Source: a virus
Strand: one strand, 5' to 3'
Length of the DNA stretch: 64,000 nt
IMG/VR virus record: IMGVR_UViG_3300048851_000105
Location: 1 to 64,000 of that record
The notes under the pieces were generated by a model. That model was not told where the DNA came from. It did no database searches and worked only from the letters and a program-made list of their open reading frames with translations. A program made the translations under genes and the position numbers. Below, piece by piece: positions 38,160 to 46,476 of this stretch (positions are counted from its first letter, which is position 1; every line of letters begins with the position of its first letter).

Positions 38160-38378
38160 CGTCGCAGTGCTTCCCCCCTGTCACACGACGTCAGGAGGCC
38201 CCTCACTCCCCCTGAGGGGCCTCCACCCACAGACTCGGGACGTCACCCTGGAGGGGGACGTCCCGAGGGCAGAGAGCGGAGACCTGGGGGCTTTCGCAAT
38301 GACCTGCCGGGGGCCGGAGAGGTTCGCTGTAATCGCATCGGGTGCGAGCAGCGACAGGGACTCTACGGCCCCCAACTC
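38156..38378 (+). ncRNA. Putative 6C-like small RNA, about 220 nt
   Basis: Consecutive stems of 8, 12 and 11 bp, first two with C-rich loops, then a GGGGCCG/CGGCCCC-closed domain. Confidence 0.6.
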
Positions 38379-38379
38379 C

Positions 38380-38393
38380 CATTTCTCGAAATG
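38380..38393. promoter_or_regulatory. Palindrome CATTTC-TC-GAAATG
   Basis: 2 nt upstream of -35 TGGACA. Confidence 0.6.
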
Positions 38394-38395
38394 AC

Positions 38396-38459
38396 TGGAC
38401 ACGACACCGTGACAGGTGTAACGTAGTTCATGTCAGAGAGTCCGCTTCTGGAAGGAGCA
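38396..38459 (+). promoter_or_regulatory. SigA-type promoter TGGACA-N17-TAACGT with operator and conserved CCGCTTCTGGAAGGAGCA leader
   Basis: Operator 38408-38423; leader 38442-38459. Confidence 0.7.
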
Positions 38460-38463
38460 CCCC

Positions 38464-38640
38464 GTGCCGATCATCAAACAGCGATCCCGCAATCGCTTCG
38501 CCGCCCCTCTTCGAGAGAAGACGGTGGACGAACTCCTGTGGGCCATCCGCAACGGCCGCGGTGACGCAGCCGAGGCCGCTCAGGTCCTGCGGGCTCTGGG
38601 CTGGACGGACGAGCAGATCGCCGTGCAGGTGCAGCGATGA
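38464..38640 (+). CDS. Hypothetical protein (58 aa)
   Basis: AAGGAG SD, GTG start. Confidence 0.55.
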   Translation: MPIIKQRSRNRFAAPLREKTVDELLWAIRNGRGDAAEAAQVLRALGWTDEQIAVQVQR

Positions 38641-38996
38641 GCCCCGCACGTCAGGTCGTGAAGGCGCCGTCCTGGATGACGGGTGATCCCTTCCAGGGCC
38701 ACCTCGTCGAAGTCGAGGCTCGCCCCGATCCCGGCATCTACGAGTCTGCCTACGACGTCTACATCGACGGCCGCAAGATCGCCCGCGTCGTCAGCGACCA
38801 CGTCGAATCCAACGTCCCCGCCGGACGTGGAGGAATGCTTCGCCGCGTTATCGGCCACCCGAAGAAGTGGTGGATCGATTTCGTGTACCACAACCCCAGC
38901 CACGAGGCAGTGCGCGGCCACCGACTGAAGACCGACACGCGCGCCCAGACCGTCGTCCGCGTTTTCCGCAACCACTTCGACCCCAAGGAGTCCTGA
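38637..38996 (+). CDS. Hypothetical protein
   Basis: ATGA overlap. Confidence 0.6.
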   Translation: MSPARQVVKAPSWMTGDPFQGHLVEVEARPDPGIYESAYDVYIDGRKIARVVSDHVESNVPAGRGGMLRRVIGHPKKWWIDFVYHNPSHEAVRGHRLKTDTRAQTVVRVFRNHFDPKES

Positions 38997-38999
38997 ACC

Positions 39000-39491
39000 A
39001 TGGCACGAGAACTGAAGGTCTATTCCTTCATCGGAAGTCGCGGCAGGATCGTCCGCGAGTGGCTCGGAGAGGAGTTCCGAGGACACGACCAGTCCCACGA
39101 GGTCATCGCGGCCCACTCGGCCGCTGAAGCCGTTCGGATCATCGCGCAGAGCGAGCGCTACCGCGGCATCAAGCGACCGAATCAGTTGCACAACTTCGGC
39201 GAGACGTGGAACGACAGTGACACGCAAACGGCTATGGCAGAGCCGCTCACCCTCCTCTGGGCGCCACTCTCGGAGGCTGGACTGGGAGACTTCTTCCGTC
39301 GCATTGATCTCACTCCGTCCGGCCAGGCTGAGCCTCGACTCAATCCGCTCTACATCGAAGACCCCGAGGAGCGAGCGGCTGCGATGAGCGCGAAGCGCCG
39401 CGCTGATAGCGAGGCCTACCGTGCTCGCGAGGCCGAGAAGATCGCACAGGAACGTCGCGATCGAATGGAGGCGGCCCGCAATGCCCGCTGA
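39000..39491 (+). CDS. Hypothetical protein
   Basis: Normal codon usage. Confidence 0.6.
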   Translation: MARELKVYSFIGSRGRIVREWLGEEFRGHDQSHEVIAAHSAAEAVRIIAQSERYRGIKRPNQLHNFGETWNDSDTQTAMAEPLTLLWAPLSEAGLGDFFRRIDLTPSGQAEPRLNPLYIEDPEERAAAMSAKRRADSEAYRAREAEKIAQERRDRMEAARNAR

Positions 39492-39888
39492 GACCCCCGA
39501 CTTCAGCAAGGCCCTCCCAGGCGAGTGGCTGGTCAAGAAGACGTCCCGCTTCCCCGCCGTGTACAACCGCGTGCAGGTCGTGCGGCTCACCAAGACACAG
39601 ATCATCGTCAAGGGCAAGCGCGACGTCGAGCAACGCTTTCGTCTCGACGGGAGCGAGGTCAACAAGCGCTCACGCTGGGACCTGCCTGACTGCCTGCTCT
39701 GGCCCTCCGACATGGAGGCGCGGGAGGGTCGGCACCGCCAGGGCATGGCTCGCTACAAGGTCGAGGTGATCAAGTACGCCGAGCAGTTCGCCGCGCAGCC
39801 CACGGCCTGGAACGCCACAGAGTTGAAGAGGATCGTCGGCGAGATGGCCGCGTACAACGAGCAGAACAATCCTCACCCGGAACCCTAG
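39481..39888 (+). CDS. Hypothetical protein
   Basis: VVRLTKTQIIV...QRFRLDG motif. Confidence 0.6.
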   Translation: MPAETPDFSKALPGEWLVKKTSRFPAVYNRVQVVRLTKTQIIVKGKRDVEQRFRLDGSEVNKRSRWDLPDCLLWPSDMEAREGRHRQGMARYKVEVIKYAEQFAAQPTAWNATELKRIVGEMAAYNEQNNPHPEP

Positions 39889-39914
39889 ACACGGCACCGT
39901 CACTCGTGTAACAT
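39886..39914 (+). promoter_or_regulatory. SigA-type promoter TAGACA-N17-TAACAT with operator CGTCAC-TCGT-GTAACA
   Basis: Operator 39898-39913. Confidence 0.7.
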
Positions 39915-39919
39915 TAGTG

Positions 39920-39995
39920 ATGTGGCCGCGGGTGTCCTGTCTCCGCTAATCCACCTCATGAGCCCCTGGTCTTCCCTGACTGGGGGCTCTTCCAA
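39920..39995 (+). ncRNA. Short two-hairpin RNA or leader with pyrimidine-rich loops
   Basis: GCGG/CCGC stem, then 12-bp stem 39960-39989 with TTCCCT loop. Confidence 0.4.
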
Positions 39996-40000
39996 TGCTG

Positions 40001-40035
40001 GCATCGTGGGTAAATGGGGGCGTATCACAGGCATG
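40001..40035 (+). promoter_or_regulatory. Phage-sigma leaderless promoter copy 6 (GCAT-N16-CGTATCACAGGC-ATG)
   Basis: Consensus match. Confidence 0.75.
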
Positions 40036-40344
40036 AGCCTCCGACCCGTGTACGTCATCGACGACCAGAAGCGGGTCACTCTGGGCTCTCTGGCCGAGCC
40101 GGGCGCCTACTTCGACGTGGAGGTCGACGACGGCTCGCTCGTGCTCCAGCCGAGCCCACACGGCCGCGTGAAGGTGGACGCACGCCGGAGACTCGCTCTG
40201 GGCCGGAAGGCAGCAGCGGGTGCGATGTTCCGCGCGGACGTGTACGCTGACGGCAGGATCGTTCTGGCACCTCTGTTGCTGATCGATCCGAGCACGATGT
40301 CGCCGGAACTTCTGGCTGAGGTTAGGGCTCACATCATTTCATGA
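40033..40344 (+). CDS. Tandem AbrB/MraZ-like DNA-binding protein 1
   Basis: Two swapped-hairpin units: VIDDQKRVTL...LVLQP and KVDARRRLAL...IVLAP. Confidence 0.7.
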   Translation: MSLRPVYVIDDQKRVTLGSLAEPGAYFDVEVDDGSLVLQPSPHGRVKVDARRRLALGRKAAAGAMFRADVYADGRIVLAPLLLIDPSTMSPELLAEVRAHIIS

Positions 40345-40348
40345 AATG
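40335..40348. promoter_or_regulatory. Palindrome CATTTC-AT-GAAATG (16-bp perfect with flanks)
   Basis: Overlaps the AbrB-1 stop codon, upstream of an HTH gene. Confidence 0.6.
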
Positions 40349-40413
40349 AGTGATGTGATGCAGGGTAGTAAGGTTTGTGTGACCTGCACGCCACACAGCA
40401 CCCTGGAGAAAAA

Positions 40414-40638
40414 ATGCCCCGCCATCCTGAGTCCGGTATCGTCTTCACCCTGGCCGTCGAAACGGTGCGAGATGCCGTCGCCAACAGCGAGACCAAGAAG
40501 CAGGCCTACGTCGACAGCCTGGCCGCTCGTGACGATGTCATCCGTGACGCAGCGAAGTACCTGCCCTACCCGAGGCTGATGGAGATCACCGGCCTCGGAC
40601 GCGAGACACTCAGTCGCATCGTCAACAGGCGCAAGTGA
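40414..40638 (+). CDS. HTH DNA-binding protein
   Basis: LPYPRLMEITGLGRETLSRIV. Confidence 0.7.
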   Translation: MPRHPESGIVFTLAVETVRDAVANSETKKQAYVDSLAARDDVIRDAAKYLPYPRLMEITGLGRETLSRIVNRRK

Positions 40639-40663
40639 CGATCCGACGCGTATCACAGGCATG
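40629..40663 (+). promoter_or_regulatory. Phage-sigma leaderless promoter copy 7 (GCGC-N16-CGTATCACAGGC-ATG)
   Basis: One mismatch in upstream box; ATG starts the SbcC-like gene. Confidence 0.7.
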
Positions 40664-41710
40664 CTGAACGCAATCGAGGTCAGGCACTTCCAGAGCCTCC
40701 ACCATGTCGCGCTGGAACTGGCGCCCTTCACGGTCATCGTGGGGCCCTCCTCCAGCGGCAAGAGCGCGCTCGGGCGTGCCGTGCGCATGCTCACCTCCAA
40801 CGCTCGCGGATCGTCCTTCATCACCCACGGGGAGACCGTGTGCACAGTGTCGGCTACGACCGAGCATGGCCAGGTCACCCTGCGCAAGGGCAAGGAAGAT
40901 TCCTACGTCGTCGTGCCCTCCGATCCCGAGCAGACGCAGCGCACCTTCACCAAGTTGGGTGGCGCCGTGCCGGAGGAGGTCAGCACCTTCCTGGGCATCC
41001 CGCCGAAGGACGCCATCAACTACGCCGGGCAGTTCGACCGGCCGTACCTCCTCGACGACACGGGCAATGAGGTCGCACGCACGCTGGGCGAACTGACCAA
41101 CGTCACGATGGTCTTCGAGGCCGCACGCGAGAGCCGCCGAGCAGGACTCGCGCAGTCCTCCACCCTGAAGACCCGGCGCAGTGACCTCGCGGCCGACGAG
41201 GCGCGCGTCGACGAGTACCGCGGGCTGAAGGGTCAGCGCGAGGCTCTGGACCGAGCCGAGACAGCGATCTCGGAGGCAGGCCGCATCCGTGCACGCATCG
41301 AGCGACTCACACACCTCACGACCTCCCTGGCGTCCGCAGGAGCCGCGCTGAGGGCCATCGAGGACCTGCCCGCCGTACCGGACATCCAACGCGTGCGAGA
41401 GGCGCAGAAGGTCGCACAGCGCCTCGCACGTCTCCGCGACCTCGTGGCTGGGCTGAAGCCTCTCCCGCAGGTGCCAGCCGCTCCGCCGAGCGCGGACGCA
41501 GCCCGAGCGATCGTGGCTCGCATCGATCGCTTCCAGACTCTTCGCGAGCAGATGCTCGCTACCGAGGAGATCGCCAGTGCAGCGGACGACGCCTGGCAGG
41601 CAGCCATGGAGGCTCGTGCTGACGCGGAAGCCGATCGGCTCCGAATCTTGTCTGAGGCGGGCACCTGCCCGACCTGTGGTCAGAACACCAAACACCTGGA
41701 GCACGCATGA
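40661..41710 (+). CDS. sbcC: SbcC/Rad50/gp46-like ATPase
   Basis: FTVIVGPSSSGKSAL, coiled coil, C-terminal CPTCGQ zinc hook. Confidence 0.8.
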   Translation: MLNAIEVRHFQSLHHVALELAPFTVIVGPSSSGKSALGRAVRMLTSNARGSSFITHGETVCTVSATTEHGQVTLRKGKEDSYVVVPSDPEQTQRTFTKLGGAVPEEVSTFLGIPPKDAINYAGQFDRPYLLDDTGNEVARTLGELTNVTMVFEAARESRRAGLAQSSTLKTRRSDLAADEARVDEYRGLKGQREALDRAETAISEAGRIRARIERLTHLTTSLASAGAALRAIEDLPAVPDIQRVREAQKVAQRLARLRDLVAGLKPLPQVPAAPPSADAARAIVARIDRFQTLREQMLATEEIASAADDAWQAAMEARADAEADRLRILSEAGTCPTCGQNTKHLEHA

Positions 41711-42090
41711 CCAGCATCAACGACATGCCATGGAACGGAAAGCCCGTGATCGAGAGACTCGCCGAAGAAGGAATCCTCATCCCGGCCCCTGAGCCCGTGA
41801 AGCGCCCCTGGCGCTCCCACTGGCCCTACGCCGTGTTCGGCTTCCTGTTCTCCTGTCTCATCGCTTCCTGGTACATCAGGCAGGACCACGACCTCATCGT
41901 CATGGCGATCATCGGCATCGCGCTGTTCGTGATGGGAGCGGTCACGCAGCGTGTGGCAGGCAACACCATCATCGCCATGGCCAAGGAGCGTGCGCGCCGA
42001 CAGGACGAGCAGGTGCGAGCCATCGCACAAGCCGCCATGGAATTCCGCAGAGAGAACGGCCGCTGGCCGGGAGAGGACCACACATCATGA
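41707..42090 (+). CDS. Two-TM membrane protein
   Basis: Two hydrophobic helices. Confidence 0.6.
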   Translation: MTSINDMPWNGKPVIERLAEEGILIPAPEPVKRPWRSHWPYAVFGFLFSCLIASWYIRQDHDLIVMAIIGIALFVMGAVTQRVAGNTIIAMAKERARRQDEQVRAIAQAAMEFRRENGRWPGEDHTS

Positions 42091-42359
42091 CCATCCTGGA
42101 GACCGTGATCCGGAACCAGAGCCCCACCTACAACTTGGCCATGCCCGACCTCCTGGAGTTGCTGAAGGAGGTCGAGGAACTGGCGCCACTCGTGCACGTC
42201 GAACTCACGATCGAGACCAGCATCCAGGTCTCTCGCGCTATGGTGATCGACGGTCGGACCGTGGGCGGCACCTCTAGCGTCCAGGCCTCCGTTCGCGCAT
42301 GCTTCGCGTCCACCGGGCACAACTGGGACATCCTCGCCGAGGCGGTGCTGAACGCATGA
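42087..42359 (+). CDS. Hypothetical protein
   Basis: ATGA overlaps. Confidence 0.55.
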   Translation: MTILETVIRNQSPTYNLAMPDLLELLKEVEELAPLVHVELTIETSIQVSRAMVIDGRTVGGTSSVQASVRACFASTGHNWDILAEAVLNA

Positions 42360-43087
42360 GCGAGCCGAGTCTCCCCATCGTCGGCATCGGTGGGCTGAAG
42401 GAGAGCGGCAAGGACGCGTTCGCGAGCCGCCTGGTGCGGGCGCACGGCTACCGCATACGAGGGATGAGCAACGTCCTCGACGAGATGCTCTTGGCCGTCA
42501 ACCCGCACATCGTCATCCGAGAGGGCGAGCCCGCGTTCGACATCCCCACCGGCGCCGACGTCGAGGGCAGAACAGCCGCGGTCGTGCAGTATCGAGACCT
42601 GCGCGCCTACATCTCGTACGACGAGTCCAAGAAGATTCGGGACGTACGCGAGCGCCTTCAGGGTCTAGGCACCGAGGGCGGCCGGGAACTCATCGACGAG
42701 CAGGTGTGGGTCGACCTGGCCAAGCAGAGCGCTGGTCGCATCGCAGACCGCAACTGGGACGAGGGCTACCCCACCGTCATCACGGGCATCCGCTACCCCA
42801 ACGAGTGGGAGATGATCCAGAAGCGGAACGGCGTGCTCATCTGGGTCGACCGGCCCGAGATCACCGAGCGCCACCGGATCGCACAGGCCAAGGGCGACTC
42901 GACCGCGCTGCACTCCAGTGAGAACACCCTCACCGCCGACGACTTCGACATCGTGATCACGAACGATCACGACCTGGAGCACCTGTATGACGAGGCGGAC
43001 GTGTTCGTCTCCGAGGCCCGAGGGGCACAGCAGTCGCTGGAGTTCCTCGCACGTGCGCTGACCAACTACGACCCGGAAGACATCTGA
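42356..43087 (+). CDS. Deoxynucleoside monophosphate kinase
   Basis: IVGIGGLKESGKD, LQGLGTEGGRE, VITGIRYPNE, HSSE. Confidence 0.85.
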   Translation: MSEPSLPIVGIGGLKESGKDAFASRLVRAHGYRIRGMSNVLDEMLLAVNPHIVIREGEPAFDIPTGADVEGRTAAVVQYRDLRAYISYDESKKIRDVRERLQGLGTEGGRELIDEQVWVDLAKQSAGRIADRNWDEGYPTVITGIRYPNEWEMIQKRNGVLIWVDRPEITERHRIAQAKGDSTALHSSENTLTADDFDIVITNDHDLEHLYDEADVFVSEARGAQQSLEFLARALTNYDPEDI

Positions 43088-43281
43088 TGGCCAACGCACC
43101 TACCTGGACGATCGCAGGTACGCTCACCATCGAGTCCGGCAGCACCTACGAGGACGGCACGTCTATTCAGGCCACGCTCGTGCTTCGAGCAGAGAGCGCT
43201 GTGGCGGCCATCGTGGCCTTCAAGGACTCACTGACGTGCGGCGCGGACTACGCCATCACGTCCGTCGTACAGGCACGCTGA
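43087..43281 (+). CDS. Hypothetical protein
   Basis: TGATG overlap. Confidence 0.5.
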   Translation: MANAPTWTIAGTLTIESGSTYEDGTSIQATLVLRAESAVAAIVAFKDSLTCGADYAITSVVQAR

Positions 43282-43307
43282 GCGCGGAGAGGCGTACCAC
43301 AGGCATG
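43273..43307 (+). promoter_or_regulatory. Phage-sigma leaderless promoter copy 8 (GCAC-N16-CGTACCACAGGC-ATG)
   Basis: Exact consensus. Confidence 0.75.
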
Positions 43308-43634
43308 ACTGAGCAGATCACTGACACCACAATCGAGAGCCGCCCCGGCGACCTCTACCGCATCGAGGAGCCCGACTTTTCGTTCTTCGTCCGCGAGTGG
43401 CGGGAGGCCGACCCGAGCGCGCCGGTCATCATGTTCTCGATGATCGACAAGAGTCACGAGCCCCCCATCTTCGCTCGTGAGAAGCGAGTGGTGGGAATCC
43501 GTGACGGCAACGTCGACGGCGATCGAGCGAACGCCCTGAGCCGAGCCGCTCTCGTGCTTCACGTGGCTCTGCTCTACCGCGGCGTGACTCAGGACGTCGC
43601 GAGCAGTCGAGCGCAGGAGGTGCTCGCTCTCTGA
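43305..43634 (+). CDS. Hypothetical protein
   Basis: Start set by motif. Confidence 0.6.
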   Translation: MTEQITDTTIESRPGDLYRIEEPDFSFFVREWREADPSAPVIMFSMIDKSHEPPIFAREKRVVGIRDGNVDGDRANALSRAALVLHVALLYRGVTQDVASSRAQEVLAL

Positions 43635-43981
43635 TGGACGCCATCACACGGCCCAACGGCAAGGTCTACCGGCCGCGCAAGCCTCCCGTGGCGCAGACCC
43701 TCTGGTACGAGGACGAGGGCATACACGCAGTCCTCGTGTTCGGCACTCATGATCCTGTCGTCGCACGTCCACTCGCCGAGGCAGCCGTGCAGGCCGCGGT
43801 CGACGAGTTCTACAGCGGCATCGCCGTTTCGTTCACCGACATCGAGGCACCGCGCCTGGTCTGGTACGGCACACAGATCGCTGGCACGAACGACGATGGC
43901 TCTCTTCGCGTCACGTACGGTCCCGATGCCGAGCGCGGCCGACCCGCTGTGCTCTGGGACGTGCACGAGGAGGATGCGTAG
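43634..43981 (+). CDS. Hypothetical protein
   Basis: ITRPNGKVYRPRK motif. Confidence 0.6.
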   Translation: MDAITRPNGKVYRPRKPPVAQTLWYEDEGIHAVLVFGTHDPVVARPLAEAAVQAAVDEFYSGIAVSFTDIEAPRLVWYGTQIAGTNDDGSLRVTYGPDAERGRPAVLWDVHEEDA

Positions 43982-44214
43982 TGAGCGACCTCGACGACCT
44001 CATCATCGACGCGTTCGAGGAGCGCACGCCCTACCCCGAGCCCGTGTTCCGTACGGTCAGTGAGGCATGGGGCATTGATCGACACGGCTACATCAACGCG
44101 TACAGCGATCAGAGCACCCCGATCTTCTTCGACATCGTCCAGAGCCATAACGATGCCGTGATGTCCCGACTGGTCGAGGAGTTCGGCGTCGAGAACGAGC
44201 CGAGGACGTGGTGA
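43981..44214 (+). CDS. Hypothetical protein
   Basis: Abutting starts and stops. Confidence 0.55.
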   Translation: MSDLDDLIIDAFEERTPYPEPVFRTVSEAWGIDRHGYINAYSDQSTPIFFDIVQSHNDAVMSRLVEEFGVENEPRTW

Positions 44215-45266
44215 CCTACACCGACCAGAGCATCATGCTCATCGGCGACCTGCACTTCAGGGACACGCCCCCGCGCAACGCCACGGACACGTACGTCGAC
44301 GACCTCTTCGACCTCCTCGACTGGACGATCGACTATGCCGTCGACAACAAGATTCGGACGATCGTGTGGGCCGGGGATATCTTCGACCACAAGCAGCCGA
44401 GCCGCACTAGCCATGCGCTCGTGCTCCGTCTCGTGTCACGTGTGAAGGAGATCATCGCCGCGGGTATCGAACTCATCATCGTCGTCGGCAACCACGACAT
44501 CTCGAATGACGTGGTCGAGAGCGCGTTCACCAAGCAGCCGCTCGCTCTCCTCTACGCCGCGGGCGCCAAGGCTCTCGATGGCTGGCACGACACGCTCCCC
44601 CTCTACGGCATCCCGTGGCAGCAGCGCTGGCACGCGCCCGGCGTCCTCGACACCGTGTTCGAGCGTTACCGCACAGCGTTGGGCCGAGACGAGACCGACA
44701 CGCCTGGCGTATCGAGCATGGAGGAGTCACCCGAGCAGACACTCGTGGTCACGCACGCGAGCATCTTCCCCGATGACCTGCACCGAGACATCATGTACGA
44801 GGCCTTCAGCGCCTCTGAGGTGGCCGAGGCCATGTCCGGAGCAGGGAACCTCTACCACGGGCACATCCACGACGACCACGGCGTCTACGAGGCCGGTGGA
44901 GTGCAGTTCTGCAATCCCGGCGCCCTGAGCCGAGGCAGTGCGAGCGAGAGCAACATCACGCGCACCATCCACCTCGCCGTCTGGACACCACCGCGGACGT
45001 ACGACGCTGACGGCTGGACGGATGGCGGCTTCGACATCGTCGACATCCCGATCGCCAAGAGCGCCGAGGAGACGTTCCGACTGGAGAGCGTGCGCGAGCA
45101 CCAGAGCAACCAGAAGACGCTGGAGCGGTTCCTCGCCGGGCTGGGCTCCACCGTGTTGGACATCACCGACCGACACGCCGTCGTCCGTCACATCCGTGAG
45201 AGGCAGGACATCAGCCCTCGTGTCCGTGAGAGAGCCATCGAGATGCTGGAGGCGCAGGATGCGTAA
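44208..45266 (+). CDS. sbcD: SbcD/Mre11/gp47-like metallophosphoesterase nuclease
   Basis: IGDLH, AGDIFD, VGNHD, GHIH, NPGALSR. Confidence 0.85.
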   Translation: MVTYTDQSIMLIGDLHFRDTPPRNATDTYVDDLFDLLDWTIDYAVDNKIRTIVWAGDIFDHKQPSRTSHALVLRLVSRVKEIIAAGIELIIVVGNHDISNDVVESAFTKQPLALLYAAGAKALDGWHDTLPLYGIPWQQRWHAPGVLDTVFERYRTALGRDETDTPGVSSMEESPEQTLVVTHASIFPDDLHRDIMYEAFSASEVAEAMSGAGNLYHGHIHDDHGVYEAGGVQFCNPGALSRGSASESNITRTIHLAVWTPPRTYDADGWTDGGFDIVDIPIAKSAEETFRLESVREHQSNQKTLERFLAGLGSTVLDITDRHAVVRHIRERQDISPRVRERAIEMLEAQDA

Positions 45267-45630
45267 CCACCGAGACGACGCCGTCAACTGGTTCGCGCGC
45301 ATGGACGGCGTCGTGCACGCAGCCGAGCAGGCTCTACAGAAGCACGGCGCGGATTCTCCTCAGTATCGAGCCACCCTCGCCCACTGGACGGAACTTCAGT
45401 GGGAAGAGCCTCCTATCCCGCGGAACGTCATCTGGCAGACGTTCCGAGCCGAAGAGGAGCCCCGACACGGACTGACCTCGATCACGTTCACAGCCAAGCG
45501 TGTGTTCGGCTACTGGCATCTGCCCGGGCGCGGCTTCCTGAAGCACGAGCAGCACGTTCGAGACCTGTGGGCGGCGCTGGCAGCGCGAGAGTTCGAGAAG
45601 GACCGAGAGAGACGAGAGCAGCGCGCATGA
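45259..45630 (+). CDS. Hypothetical protein
   Basis: Normal codon usage. Confidence 0.55.
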   Translation: MRNHRDDAVNWFARMDGVVHAAEQALQKHGADSPQYRATLAHWTELQWEEPPIPRNVIWQTFRAEEEPRHGLTSITFTAKRVFGYWHLPGRGFLKHEQHVRDLWAALAAREFEKDRERREQRA

Positions 45631-46166
45631 CGTACGACATGAACAACCCCGACCCCGCCAAGTCGATTACGTGGGTTGCTGATGGTGATGGCTACCGGCA
45701 ACTCACCTGGCAGGAGAAGTGCGAGCAGTTGGAGGCCGAGAACCGGCGCCTCCAGGGCTTCGCTCGCATGATCCGAGACCTGAGTCGCAACGAGTACGGA
45801 CGGCATGAGGGTGATGCCGACTTCAACGACCCCACGGGAATCAGCCAGGGGAATCCTCACATCGGTGTGGGTGAGGTGTTCGGCTACTCGATCGGTGGTC
45901 ATCGTCGAGCGTACGCACGGCCGATTCGAGAACTCGAAGGCGACCCCGAGGCGTGGATCGTCGAGGCTACCGACCCAGCACCGCGCTCCGCTGACAGCGT
46001 GGAGATCGTCACCCTCCACCGGGAGCAGCGCGTGGACGTGCCAGGAGATGGGTTCCTCTACGCCGAGGAGGCGACAGGGAGCCGGATCACGATCTTCGTG
46101 AAGGGCAGACCGCTCGTGTTCAACACGCGCCCGGGTACCGTCACCGTGAGGTACGAAAGTGAGTGA
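45627..46166 (+). CDS. Hypothetical protein
   Basis: NEYGRHEGD...SQGNP motif. Confidence 0.6.
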   Translation: MTYDMNNPDPAKSITWVADGDGYRQLTWQEKCEQLEAENRRLQGFARMIRDLSRNEYGRHEGDADFNDPTGISQGNPHIGVGEVFGYSIGGHRRAYARPIRELEGDPEAWIVEATDPAPRSADSVEIVTLHREQRVDVPGDGFLYAEEATGSRITIFVKGRPLVFNTRPGTVTVRYESE

Positions 46167-46440
46167 CGAGGCGCCGCTCATCATCGCCCCAGGCGACGTC
46201 AAGATGACGCGTGAGGCTCTCGCGATGGCGCAGCATCTCCTGAACCACGACGGGCAGCACACGCGCGCAGATCGGCTACAGCACCTCATCGACGAGTGCG
46301 ATCGTCACCGGCCGCTGGGCAGCGATGGCAAGCACGGGAACCTCCACACCTCCACGTGTGGGTGCGAGGACGTCGAGCCTCAGGTGAAGACCACTCCGTG
46401 CCGTTGCGGACACGACCACGATGGGCCTCATCTCTTCTGA
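46159..46440 (+). CDS. Hypothetical protein
   Basis: HRPLGSDGKHGNLHTSTCGC motif. Confidence 0.6.
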   Translation: MSDEAPLIIAPGDVKMTREALAMAQHLLNHDGQHTRADRLQHLIDECDRHRPLGSDGKHGNLHTSTCGCEDVEPQVKTTPCRCGHDHDGPHLF

Positions 46441-46441
46441 G

Positions 46442-46476
46442 GCACAGCCGACCGTTACAGGCGTACCACAGGCATG
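46442..46476 (+). promoter_or_regulatory. Phage-sigma leaderless promoter copy 9 (GCAC-N16-CGTACCACAGGC-ATG)
   Basis: Exact consensus. Confidence 0.75.

Noticed and set aside
38300-38378. SRP RNA-like hairpin (AGCAG on the 3-prime side)
   Set aside because: Lacks the GNRA/GGAA loop and the CAGG of the symmetric loop
16653-43087. Base-modification pathway (dZ, 7-deazaguanine, hmU) suggested by MazG, ThyX and dNMP kinase
   Set aside because: No PurZ, Que/Dpd, hydroxymethylase or glycosyltransferase genes recognised in the window, and restriction-site avoidance points to unmodified DNA
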